From assembly GCA_044220955.1 (NCBI GenBank), contig JBGAQA010000100.1:1-23688 (forward strand): 23,688 nt of DNA, read 5' to 3'. Origin of the DNA: Sandaracinaceae bacterium (lineage in GTDB: Bacteria > Myxococcota_A > Polyangia > Polyangiales > Sandaracinaceae). This document shows, in pieces, positions 1 through 7,786 of the stretch; the stretch's first letter is position 1; the number at the start of each line of letters is the position of its first letter. The notes under the pieces were generated by a model that saw only the letters and a list, made by a program, of their open reading frames with translations, was not told the origin of the DNA and searched no databases. Made by a program: the position numbers and the translations under genes.

Positions 1-1134
1 CTCCTCGCGCAGCGCGCGCGCGAGCTCCGACAGAGCGCGCCGCTCGTGCGCCGCCGTGGCGGCGCGGCGTGCCGCCTCGGCGGCGCAGCGCCAGGCGTCA
101 CAGGCCTGCCCTGCGAGACCGCGCTTCTCGAGCGCCCGCCCGCGCGCGAGGAGCGCCTCGGTGACGACGAGCGGAGCGCCGACCCGTGCGCCGAGGCGCG
201 CGGCGACGTCGAAGCGCACGTCCGCGTCGGCCGCGTCCCCGGCCTGCATCGACAGGTGTCCGGCCAGCATCGCGCCGCCGAGGACGACGCCCGTCGCTCC
301 TGCCTCGACCGCGAGCGCGAGCCCCTGCGACACCCGCGCGCGGGCCTCGGCGAGATCACCGAGCGCGGCCAGCGCGTTGCCGATCAGGACGAAGCAGAGA
401 GCGCGCGACGCGCTGTCGCCGCGCGCCTCGAACCCGTCCGCGAGCGTCGCGAGGACCGACAGCGCCTCCGCGCCGCGCCCCGCGGCGGCGTCCGCCATCG
501 CGACCGAGAGCAGCGCCGCGGCGCGCACGTCGGGGTCGTTGGCCGGATCCACCGCTTCCTCCGCGAGGGCGTCGCGGACCGCCGCGCTCGAGACGTCGAC
601 GCATTCTTCGAGCGTGGGGAGCGCAGCGCGCCGGAGCCGGGCGCGAAGCGAGGGCTCACCGTCCGGCTCGCGCACGGCGATCCGCAGCGGCGGATCCACG
701 CGCCGTGCCGCAGCGATCAGGGACATCGCTGCGTCGAGGTAGCCGGGGCCGTCCGCGATCGCGCGAGGACAGAGCCAGACCGCGACGCGGACGTCCCCGC
801 GGGCGCGAGCGGCCGCCGCGAACGCGACGAGCGCGTCGAGCGCGCGTGTCTCGGACGCCGGACCTGGGCACGGTGCCGGCAGGTCGAGCCCGGCCTCCGC
901 GGCGAACGCGTCGACGAAGGCCTGCAGCGCGACCTCGAACGGCGCGCGGCCCCGGAAGTCGTCGAAGAGCGGGATCGAGACGTCGATGCTGCCGCGCTGC
1001 TCGAGCAGATCGAGCGCCGCGCCGACCACGCCGGAGGCGCCGTCGCCCCGCAGATCGAGCACGAGCGCGTCGTGCGCGTCCTCGGACACGAACTCGTCGA
1101 GCCGGTCGGCCAGCGCCTCGATGCGGCGTCGCAT
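1..1134 (-). CDS. TPR-like helical-repeat protein, 3'-partial (runs off the window start)
   Basis: Not in the ORF track because there is no stop in the window. Hand translation from ATG 1134 is open to base 1: MRRRIEALADRLDEFVSEDAHDALVLDLRG...ALCFVLIGNALAALGDLAEARARV...ALLARGRALEKRG...ELARALREE. GC3-rich codons, GAGAAGGG SD-like motif upstream, TPR-like helices in the C-terminal half. Confidence 0.75.
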   Translation of the reverse strand, partial: MRRRIEALADRLDEFVSEDAHDALVLDLRGDGASGVVGAALDLLEQRGSIDVSIPLFDDFRGRAPFEVALQAFVDAFAAEAGLDLPAPCPGPASETRALDALVAFAAAARARGDVRVAVWLCPRAIADGPGYLDAAMSLIAAARRVDPPLRIAVREPDGEPSLRARLRRAALPTLEECVDVSSAAVRDALAEEAVDPANDPDVRAAALLSVAMADAAAGRGAEALSVLATLADGFEARGDSASRALCFVLIGNALAALGDLAEARARVSQGLALAVEAGATGVVLGGAMLAGHLSMQAGDAADADVRFDVAARLGARVGAPLVVTEALLARGRALEKRGLAGQACDAWRCAAEAARRAATAAHERRALSELARALREE

Positions 1135-1168
1135 GCGCCCTTCTCGGCGGCGGGTTCGGTGCGTTGCG

Positions 1169-1177
1169 TGTTAGCCT
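1169..1177 (+). promoter_or_regulatory. Putative extended -10 (TGn-TAGCCT) for the kinase, inside a 52-bp divergent spacer
   Basis: TGT TAGCCT ends 9 nt before ATG 1187; no clear SD. Confidence 0.4.
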
Positions 1178-1186
1178 CGGCGCGAG

Positions 1187-2896
1187 ATGTCGGAGACGCC
1201 GACCCGGATCGGGCCGTACGCCATCGAGCGTCGGCTCGGGGCAGGCGGGATGGCCGAGACGTTCGTCGCGGTGCGACGGATGCAGACCATCGAGCAGCGG
1301 GTCTGTCTGAAGCGGATCCTGCCCGCCTACGCCAAGGACGCGACCGCGCGACGCCTCTTCCACCGCGAGGCGAACATCAGCGCGCGCCTCCGGCACGCGA
1401 ACCTCGTGCCGGTACTCGACGTCGCCGACTACCAAGGGACGCCCTACCTCGTGATGGAGCTCGTCGAGGGCGTCGACCTCGACCACGTGCTCGAGCGGCA
1501 GCCGGACCATCGCCTGCCACCGGAGCTCGTCGGCTACCTCTTGAGCGAGATCGCGCACGGGCTGCACGAGGCACACGGCGGCGACGGCGCGCACGAAGGT
1601 GTGGTGCACCGGGACCTCTCGCCGTCGAACGTGCTCCTCAGCACGCAGGGCGAGGTGAAAGTGGCCGACTTCGGCATCGCCAAGGCGCTGAGCGGCGGCG
1701 ACAAGGCGACGGCGACCATGATGCGCGGCAAGTTCGCCTACATGGCGCCCGAGCAGCTCGACGGAGCGGCGCTCGATCCGCGCGCGGACATGTTCGCGCT
1801 GGGGGTGATCGGCTTCGAGATGCTCGCGGGCGTGCGCCCCTTCGACGCGGACGCCGACGCGCGGCTCGTGCTCCTGATCGCCAAGAACGAGCGCCGCCCG
1901 ATCCACGAGCTGGCGCCCGATGCGCCGCAGGATCTGCGCGACACCATCGAGGCGCTGCTCTCGCACCGGAGAGAGGAGCGGCCGGCGACCGGGCACGAGG
2001 TCGTCGAGCGCCTCGCCCCGATGTTGCCCGCCGCGGTCGTCGCGCGCAGACAGCTCGGCAAGCTGGTGACGGCGGCCTACGAGGCGCGGCTCGAGGCGCT
2101 CTCGCGGGAGCCTGCGACACCGCCGCCGATGGCGCTCGACGAGGCGCTCGCGGCGACGCAGATGGCGAGCCCCCACCCGAGCACGACGCCCTCGACACGG
2201 CCGGCACCGATACGCGCGGCCGCGACGCCGATGGTCGTGACGGCGCTGCCCGAGGGCCCCGGCGCCGAGCCCGTCACCGAGCGCAGCAGCGGCCCCGTAG
2301 CGTCGGCCGCGCGCGCCGGGCGCTCGCCGTGGGTGCTCGTCGCCGGGGGGCTCGCCGTCGCGGCGCTGCTCGCCGTGACGGCGACGGGAGCGTACGTCGT
2401 CTTGGGCCGCGAGAGCGGCGAGGGGGGCGACGAGGTCGCGACTGCCGGCGGGGCCGGGAGCGAGACCGGGAGCGAGGGCGAGAGCGAGGGTGAGAGCGAG
2501 GCCAGGCGCGCGGCACCCGCGACCACGGCGGTGGTCGTGCCCGCCACGACGACGGTCGCGGCGCCTCCCGCTCCGACCCGCATCGCCGCCCGCCCGCCTC
2601 CGCCGTCGACGACGGTGCATCACGCACCGCCCGCGTCCGACGCTCCTGCCAGCCCGACCGGCGAGGGCGCCGATGCGCGCGAGGCGAGCGGCCGGGGCCG
2701 CGTGCACGTCGTCGTCAGCCCCTGGGGCCTGGTCTGGATCGACGGCCGCTACGTGGGGCGCGCGCCGGTCCACAGCGAGCTGCGCGCCGGCTCGCACCGC
2801 ATCGCCGCCGGCTTCGTCGAGCCCACCACGACGCGCACCATCCGCGTCCACGCCGGCGGCGAGGAGCGCGTCGAGCTCGAGGTCGAGTCACACTGA
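1187..2896 (+). CDS. Membrane Ser/Thr protein kinase (Hanks type) with C-terminal PEGA-like domain
   Basis: LGAGGMAETF Gly loop, VCLKRIL, HRDLSPSNVLL, DFG, YMAPE, DMFALG; one TM helix (WVLVAGGLAVAALLAVTATGAYVVL); Pro/Thr linker; PEGA-like VSPWGLVWIDGRYVGRAP. Confidence 0.93.
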   Translation: MSETPTRIGPYAIERRLGAGGMAETFVAVRRMQTIEQRVCLKRILPAYAKDATARRLFHREANISARLRHANLVPVLDVADYQGTPYLVMELVEGVDLDHVLERQPDHRLPPELVGYLLSEIAHGLHEAHGGDGAHEGVVHRDLSPSNVLLSTQGEVKVADFGIAKALSGGDKATATMMRGKFAYMAPEQLDGAALDPRADMFALGVIGFEMLAGVRPFDADADARLVLLIAKNERRPIHELAPDAPQDLRDTIEALLSHRREERPATGHEVVERLAPMLPAAVVARRQLGKLVTAAYEARLEALSREPATPPPMALDEALAATQMASPHPSTTPSTRPAPIRAAATPMVVTALPEGPGAEPVTERSSGPVASAARAGRSPWVLVAGGLAVAALLAVTATGAYVVLGRESGEGGDEVATAGGAGSETGSEGESEGESEARRAAPATTAVVVPATTTVAAPPAPTRIAARPPPPSTTVHHAPPASDAPASPTGEGADAREASGRGRVHVVVSPWGLVWIDGRYVGRAPVHSELRAGSHRIAAGFVEPTTTRTIRVHAGGEERVELEVESH

Positions 2897-5254
2897 GCCC
2901 GCGGGCCCTCCCCGCGGCAGGACCGTGAGCGTCGGCCGCGCGTCGGCGAGCGTCGCGGCGAAGAGCGAGGGCTGCATCGGGTCGTCGAACACGGCGGCGA
3001 ACACCTCCGGCGCCAGGCTGCGCTCGAGGCGCGACGCGAACGAGTCCCGCAGCACGCGCTGGTAGGCGTCGGTGTCGTAGTCGCGCGGGTCGGCGCCCGC
3101 CTGGCCGTCCTCGTCGACGGGCAAGAGGGCCGCGCGACCGCCCGTCGCACGGTAGACGCGCACGCGCTCCCCGAGCGACCAGCGGTCGCGACCCGCGGCG
3201 AGCAGCGCCTCGCACGCGAGCTCGCGCCGCTCGCCGCGGGAAGCGAGGTACTCGCGCGACGTCTTGCGCAGTCGCACGAGCGTCGTCACCTCGAGCGTGG
3301 GGATCTCGCGACGCCGCAGCGCCAGCACGGTCCGCACGTACGCCTCTCGCACACGGGGCACGTCCGCGTCGAACAGGGCCGCGATCGCCTCGCGCAGGAA
3401 CCGCTCGCCGAAGGGCTCCGCGCGGCTCGATCGGAACGCGACGCCCTTCAGCACGACCACTCCGTCGTAGGTCCGGAGCGCGTAGTTCTTCGGCTCGTGG
3501 GAGAGCATCGCCGCGTAGCGTCCGTCGTGCTCGAGCTTCACGCGCGCCGGAAGCTGGGCCGCCACCTCGGCCACGACGCGGCGCTCGTCCGCCTCCCCGA
3601 ACGACGCCGGGACCGCGAAATACACGCCGTCCGTGTCCGCCTCGAGGAGCGTGACGCCGCGAGCCCGCAGCGCGTCGCAGATCCGCTCGAGCAGCTCGCG
3701 ACCTCGCCGCGTGACCTCGTTCGCAGCGTGCACGTCGCTGAAGCGCGTCAGCCCGACGGCCCCGAGGTAGCCGTAGGCCGAGTTGATCACGAGCTTCATC
3801 GCCGCCGAGAGCGCCTCCTGCTCGTGACGCTGCGGCGAGCCGCGCGCCGCGGCGCGCCCGGCGGCCTTCGCCGCGAGGCGCAGCTCGAGCAGGCGATCGA
3901 CGACGGCGAGCATCGCCCCGAGCCGGTCCCGCGCGGGCCCGATGCGGTGCTCTCGCATGAGCGAAGGGTAGAGGCTCGCGACGTCGGCCTTCACGATGCG
4001 CTCGGCGACGCCGAACGCGAAGAGGTGCAGCGCCGCGCCCTGGTGCTGCGTTCCGTCGCCGGGCTCGTGCGCGGGCAGCGCCGCACCCGACCGCAGGTAG
4101 GCGCGCACGAGCAAGGGGTCGAGGACGCCCGTCGCCGGACCTGCATCGGCCAGCCGCTCGTAGCGACGGGGCGCCATCTTGGCGAGCGCGAACGCCGCGC
4201 CGCCGAGCGTGCGCGCGAGCCCCTCGGCGTCGTCCACGTCGTCCATCGCGTAGCGCCGCACGCGCTCGGGGTCGGCCCGCCACACCGCGGCCACCTCGCG
4301 ACCGGCGATCTCGACGCGGCCGGGCCGCGAGAGCCCGAGGTGGCGGGCCACGACCTTCAGGCCGTGCCCCGGGAGGTCACGCGCGGCGAAGTCGTGCCGG
4401 CGCACCGCGTCCATCGTGTCGATCAGCTCGCGGCCCGGGACCGTGAAGCGCGCCCGCCGCATCGGGTCGTCGTCGTCGTCGCGCTCGGTCTTGCCGGGGC
4501 CGATCGAGGCGCCGCGCGCAGCGGGCCGCCGACGCAGTCCCGGCGCACCCGCGCGGCCGAGCGCGAGCGGCACGCCGAGCCGCCGCGCGCGCTCGTGCAG
4601 GAACGGCAGGTCGAACCCGTGCAGGTTGTGGTTCTCGATCACGTCGGGATCCATCGCGCGCACGCGCTCGACCAGGCGCAGCAGCAGCGCCGCCTCCGCG
4701 CGATCCCCGTCCGCGTCGACCTCGAGGGTGCTCGTGACGCCTGCCGGATCTCGAAGCGCGATCAGGAACACCCGATCACGGGCTGGGTCGAGCCCGGTCG
4801 TCTCGAGGTCGATCTGTGCGCGACGCAGGTCCGCGAAGGTCAGACCCCGGAAGTAGGTGCGCCCCGTCGCGACGAGGTACTGCTCTTCCGGCGGGAGCGA
4901 GAGCACGACGTCCTCGCCGAGGGCACGCAGGCTCGCGACCGGACGCGCGAGCGTGGTGGAGGCGGCCCGGAGGATCGCCGCGGCGAGCGCGCGACCGTCG
5001 TCCCCGCTGGCGCGCCAGCGGAGCGCACCCGGTCCCTCGAGTTCCTCGACCTCCACGCCCCGCGGCAGCGGACCGGGAAGGAGCGCGCGCGAGGCGAGCA
5101 GCGCCCAGGGACGGAAGCGCGCGTCCTCGCGCACCAGCACCCCCGTCTCGGGCTGCCGCCGCCACACGAACGCACGCCCGTCCGGCTCGGCCCACACGGA
5201 CACGATCCCCGGCGTCGGGTCCCAGCCCCAGAGCCACTCGTCCTCGATCGTCAT
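2888..5254 (-). CDS. polB: Family-B DNA polymerase (Pol II-like) with DEDDy 3'-5' exonuclease, 788 aa
   Basis: ExoI IDLETTG, ExoII NHNLHGFDLPFL, ExoIII YAMDDV; polymerase motifs DVASLYPS, KLVINSAYG, ADTDGVY; C-terminal QPSLF. Start taken at ATG 5254 (MTIEDEWLWGWDPTPGIVSV) rather than 5443, because the upstream extension is translated microsatellite. Confidence 0.92.
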   Translation of the reverse strand: MTIEDEWLWGWDPTPGIVSVWAEPDGRAFVWRRQPETGVLVREDARFRPWALLASRALLPGPLPRGVEVEELEGPGALRWRASGDDGRALAAAILRAASTTLARPVASLRALGEDVVLSLPPEEQYLVATGRTYFRGLTFADLRRAQIDLETTGLDPARDRVFLIALRDPAGVTSTLEVDADGDRAEAALLLRLVERVRAMDPDVIENHNLHGFDLPFLHERARRLGVPLALGRAGAPGLRRRPAARGASIGPGKTERDDDDDPMRRARFTVPGRELIDTMDAVRRHDFAARDLPGHGLKVVARHLGLSRPGRVEIAGREVAAVWRADPERVRRYAMDDVDDAEGLARTLGGAAFALAKMAPRRYERLADAGPATGVLDPLLVRAYLRSGAALPAHEPGDGTQHQGAALHLFAFGVAERIVKADVASLYPSLMREHRIGPARDRLGAMLAVVDRLLELRLAAKAAGRAAARGSPQRHEQEALSAAMKLVINSAYGYLGAVGLTRFSDVHAANEVTRRGRELLERICDALRARGVTLLEADTDGVYFAVPASFGEADERRVVAEVAAQLPARVKLEHDGRYAAMLSHEPKNYALRTYDGVVVLKGVAFRSSRAEPFGERFLREAIAALFDADVPRVREAYVRTVLALRRREIPTLEVTTLVRLRKTSREYLASRGERRELACEALLAAGRDRWSLGERVRVYRATGGRAALLPVDEDGQAGADPRDYDTDAYQRVLRDSFASRLERSLAPEVFAAVFDDPMQPSLFAATLADARPTLTVLPRGGPAGSV

Positions 5255-5255
5255 G

Positions 5256-5340
5256 CGCTCTCGCTCTCGCCCTCGCCCTCGCCCTCGCCCTCGCCCTCGC
5301 CCTCGCCTCTCGCTCTCGCTCTCGCCCCTCGCTCTCGCCC
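5256..5340. repeat. CTCGC(C/T) hexamer microsatellite, about 13 imperfect units
   Basis: CTCGCT, (CTCGCC)x6, then mixed CTCGCT/CTCGCCY units, directly upstream of the polB ATG. Confidence 0.9.
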
Positions 5341-5436
5341 CGGACCTGCTCGCTTTCGCGCATCGCCCGGGATCGCCCGCCCGCACGCCCCGGCGCGGGC
5401 GTCGCCAGCACCCGCTCGCATTGGGCTCCAGCCTCT

Positions 5437-5453
5437 CTACCATCTGGTAGGGT
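5437..5453 (+). promoter_or_regulatory. Palindrome CTACCA-TC-TGGTAG overlapping the extended -10 (TGG-TAGGGT) of the monooxygenase
   Basis: Perfect 6-2-6 inverted repeat at 5437-5450; TAGGGT at 5448-5453 ends 7 nt before ATG 5461; no SD. Confidence 0.55.
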
Positions 5454-5460
5454 TTCCCCC

Positions 5461-6966
5461 ATGAGCGAGCACTTCGACGTCGTGATCGTGGGCGCGGGCC
5501 TCTCGGGCATCGGCGCCGCGTGCACCCTCGCGACGCGCTGCCCGGGCAAGCGCTACACCGTCCTCGAGGGGCGCGCGCGTCTCGGCGGCACGTGGGACCT
5601 GTTCCGCTATCCGGGCATCCGCTCGGACTCGGACATGTACACGTTCGGCTACGACTTCAAGCCCTGGATCGGCGACACGACCCTCGCCGACGGCCCCTCG
5701 ATCCGGGCGTACGTCGAGGAGACCGCGCGCGAGCACGGCGTCACCGACAAGATCCGCTACGGCCAGAGAGTGAAGCGGGCGTCGTGGTCGAGCGACGCGG
5801 CCAAGTGGACGCTCGACATCGAGAAGCGCGACGGCACGACCACGCAGCTCACGTGCAGCTTCCTCTATTCGTGCACGGGCTACTACGACTACGCGACCGG
5901 CCACGATCCGGTCTTCGAGGGCCGCGAGACGTTCCGCGGCACGATCGTGCACCCGCAGCACTGGCCGGAGGGGCTCGACTACGCCGGCAAGAAGGTCGTC
6001 GTGATCGGCAGCGGGGCGACCGCGGTGACGCTCGTGCCGGAGATGGCCAAGACCGCGGCGCACGTGACGATGCTCCAGCGCTCGCCGACCTACGTCGCCT
6101 CCGTGCCCTCGCGCGACAAGATCGCCGCCGCGCTCCGCAGGCGCCTCCCAGAGATGGCCGCCTACCAGATCACGCGCTGGAAGAACGTCGGCCTGGGCAT
6201 GTTCTTCTTCCAGCTCTCCAAGCGCCGCCCCGCGGGCGTGAAGAAGTGGCTCGTCGGGCTCGCGCAGAAGGAGCTCGGGCCCGACTACGACATCTCGCAC
6301 TTCACGCCGACCTACAACCCCTGGGATCAGCGGCTCTGCGCGGTTCCGGACGGCGACCTCTTCAAGTCGGTCCGCGAGGGCAAGAGCTCGGTCGTCACCG
6401 ATCACATCGAGCGCTTCACCGAGAAGGGGATCCTGCTGAAGAGCGGCAAGGAGCTCGAGGCCGACGTCATCGTCACCGCGACCGGCCTCAAGATCCTCTT
6501 CCTCGGCGGCATCGAGCTCTGCGTGGACGGCCAGACCGTGAAGGTCCCCGAGAAGCTCCTCTACAAGGGAATGATGATCGAGGACGTGCCCAACCTCGCG
6601 CTGGCGTTCGGCTACACGAACGCGAGCTGGACGCTGAAGGCCGACCTGACGGCGGAGTACGTCTGCCGCCTGCTCCAGCACATGGACGCGACCGGGAGCG
6701 TGCAGGCCACCCCGCGCCCCGCGCCCGAGGTGAGGCCCGAGCCCTTCCTGACTTTCTCGTCGGGCTACGTGCAGCGCGCGATCGACGAGCTCCCGAAACA
6801 GGGCAACAAGCGCCCCTGGCGCCTCTACATGAACTACCTCCTCGACACGCTCGCGATCCGGCACGACAAGATCGACGACGGAACGCTGAAGTTCGACAAG
6901 GGCCCGCGCCGCACCGAGCGCGAGGCCGCCAGCGCGCCGATCGGCGCGGCGTTCGCGACGCGCTGA
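5461..6966 (+). CDS. ethA: FAD-dependent Baeyer-Villiger monooxygenase, EthA/AlmA-like
   Basis: VIVGAGLSG FAD motif, GGTWDLFRYPGIRSDSDM, BVMO fingerprint FRGTIVHPQHWP, second Rossmann VIGSGATA, ATG motif, FGYTNASWTL. True start 5461 (the ORF track over-extends to 4816). The symbol denotes family resemblance, not proven orthology. Confidence 0.92.
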   Translation: MSEHFDVVIVGAGLSGIGAACTLATRCPGKRYTVLEGRARLGGTWDLFRYPGIRSDSDMYTFGYDFKPWIGDTTLADGPSIRAYVEETAREHGVTDKIRYGQRVKRASWSSDAAKWTLDIEKRDGTTTQLTCSFLYSCTGYYDYATGHDPVFEGRETFRGTIVHPQHWPEGLDYAGKKVVVIGSGATAVTLVPEMAKTAAHVTMLQRSPTYVASVPSRDKIAAALRRRLPEMAAYQITRWKNVGLGMFFFQLSKRRPAGVKKWLVGLAQKELGPDYDISHFTPTYNPWDQRLCAVPDGDLFKSVREGKSSVVTDHIERFTEKGILLKSGKELEADVIVTATGLKILFLGGIELCVDGQTVKVPEKLLYKGMMIEDVPNLALAFGYTNASWTLKADLTAEYVCRLLQHMDATGSVQATPRPAPEVRPEPFLTFSSGYVQRAIDELPKQGNKRPWRLYMNYLLDTLAIRHDKIDDGTLKFDKGPRRTEREAASAPIGAAFATR

Positions 6967-6972
6967 CGCGCG

Positions 6973-6997
6973 CTCGCTCTCGCTCTCGCGATACCCT
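6973..6997 (+). promoter_or_regulatory. Short (CTCGCT)x3 tract followed by putative -10 TACCCT (leaderless start)
   Basis: Repeat at 6973-6989; TACCCT at 6992-6997, then 6 nt, then GTG 7004; no SD. Confidence 0.45.
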
Positions 6998-7003
6998 CAC
7001 CAC

Positions 7004-7642
7004 GTGGCGCCTCGGCCATCGCTGCTCGTCGTCTTCCTCGTGCTCGTCGCCAGCTGCGGCGGCCGCGCGAGGCCCGGGGACGTGCGCATCGACGAGGCGC
7101 CCGAGGGCGCGCAGCTCTACGTCGACGCTCAGACCGCCGGGCCCGCGGTCGCCGGCACGCGCATCCGCGTGACGCCCGGGATGCACGTCATCGAGGCGCG
7201 CAGCGGCGCGCTCGTGCTCTCGCACGTCGTGATCGACGTCGCGCCCGGGCAGACCGTCCCCGTGCGGCTCGCGCTGGACGTGCCGCCGCCCACGACGACG
7301 GCGGAGCCCGTCGACGCTCCACCGAGCCTCGGCGATCCGCCGCCCGGAGACCCGCTCGCCTCCGCCGGGCCCAGCGAGGCCGCCGCGGCCGTCGTCGCGC
7401 GCCACCGCGGCGAGATGCAGCATTGCTACGAGCGCGCGCTCCGCGACGACCCCTCGACGAACGACGTCCGCATCGACCTCGACCTGCACGTCGGCGCCGA
7501 CGGGCGCGTGACCGACGCCGACGCGAGCGGCGGAGCGCGCCCGCTCGAGCAGTGCATCGAGCGCTCCGCGCGCCGCTGGACGTTCCCCGCCTCCGACGGT
7601 GCGACCGAGGTCGAGCTCCCGATCGTGTTCAGCCGCGGCTGA
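7004..7642 (+). CDS. Lipoprotein with PEGA-like domain and AgmX/PglI (TonB-C-like) C-terminal domain
   Basis: Signal with lipobox LVASC; APEGAQLYVD...VTPGMHVIEAR (PEGA-like); Pro-rich linker; HCYERALRDDP...VGADGRV...CIERSARRWTFP...VELPIVF. Confidence 0.8.
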   Translation: MAPRPSLLVVFLVLVASCGGRARPGDVRIDEAPEGAQLYVDAQTAGPAVAGTRIRVTPGMHVIEARSGALVLSHVVIDVAPGQTVPVRLALDVPPPTTTAEPVDAPPSLGDPPPGDPLASAGPSEAAAAVVARHRGEMQHCYERALRDDPSTNDVRIDLDLHVGADGRVTDADASGGARPLEQCIERSARRWTFPASDGATEVELPIVFSRG

Positions 7643-7643
7643 G

Positions 7644-7762
7644 CTCGCTCTCGCTCTCGCTCTCGCTCTCGCTCTCGCTCTCGCTCTCGCTCTCGCTCTC
7701 GCTCTCGCTCTCGACCTCGCTCTCGACCTCGCTCTCGACCTCGCTCTCGACCTCGACCTCGC
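7644..7762. repeat. (CTCGCT)x11 followed by alternating CTCGAC/CTCGCT units, about 20 hexamers
   Basis: Perfect CTCGCT run at 7644-7709, then CTCGAC/CTCGCT alternation to 7762, between two convergent stops. Confidence 0.95.
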
Positions 7763-7786
7763 GCCGCGGCCCTGGCTCGCCCTCGC

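Noticed and set aside
46..2493. Long alternative-frame and antisense ORFs here and elsewhere (e.g. 656-2851, 3497-5464, 9405-12476, 9575-12949, 12538-15042, 15094-17436, 20772-23297)
   Set aside because: Arg/Ala/Pro-rich, motif-free shadows of real genes, expected in very high-GC DNA where stop codons are rare.
2888..2896. 9-bp convergent overlap of the kinase and polB 3' ends
   Set aside because: Real, but common in compact high-GC genomes, with no sign of a functional link.
2888..5340. polB as part of a mobile element (pipolin, casposon, prophage)
   Set aside because: No integrase, cas1, terminal repeats, att/tRNA site or evident compositional shift around it.
5255..5443. N-terminal extension of PolB from ATG 5443 and possible phase variation through the repeat
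   Set aside because: The extension is translated microsatellite (RGRGRG/ERER), and hexamer slippage would not shift the frame. The protein-like sequence begins at 5254.
5340..5460. LexA/SOS box upstream of polB
   Set aside because: No match to the E. coli CTGT-N8-ACAG box or the Myxococcus-type box ending GTTCAG; the palindrome present is different.
7644..7762. Possible CRISPR array or small repeat-encoded peptide
   Set aside because: Simple tandem hexamers with no spacers and no cas genes; the LALALA, SLSLS and ESESE ORFs are repeat translations.
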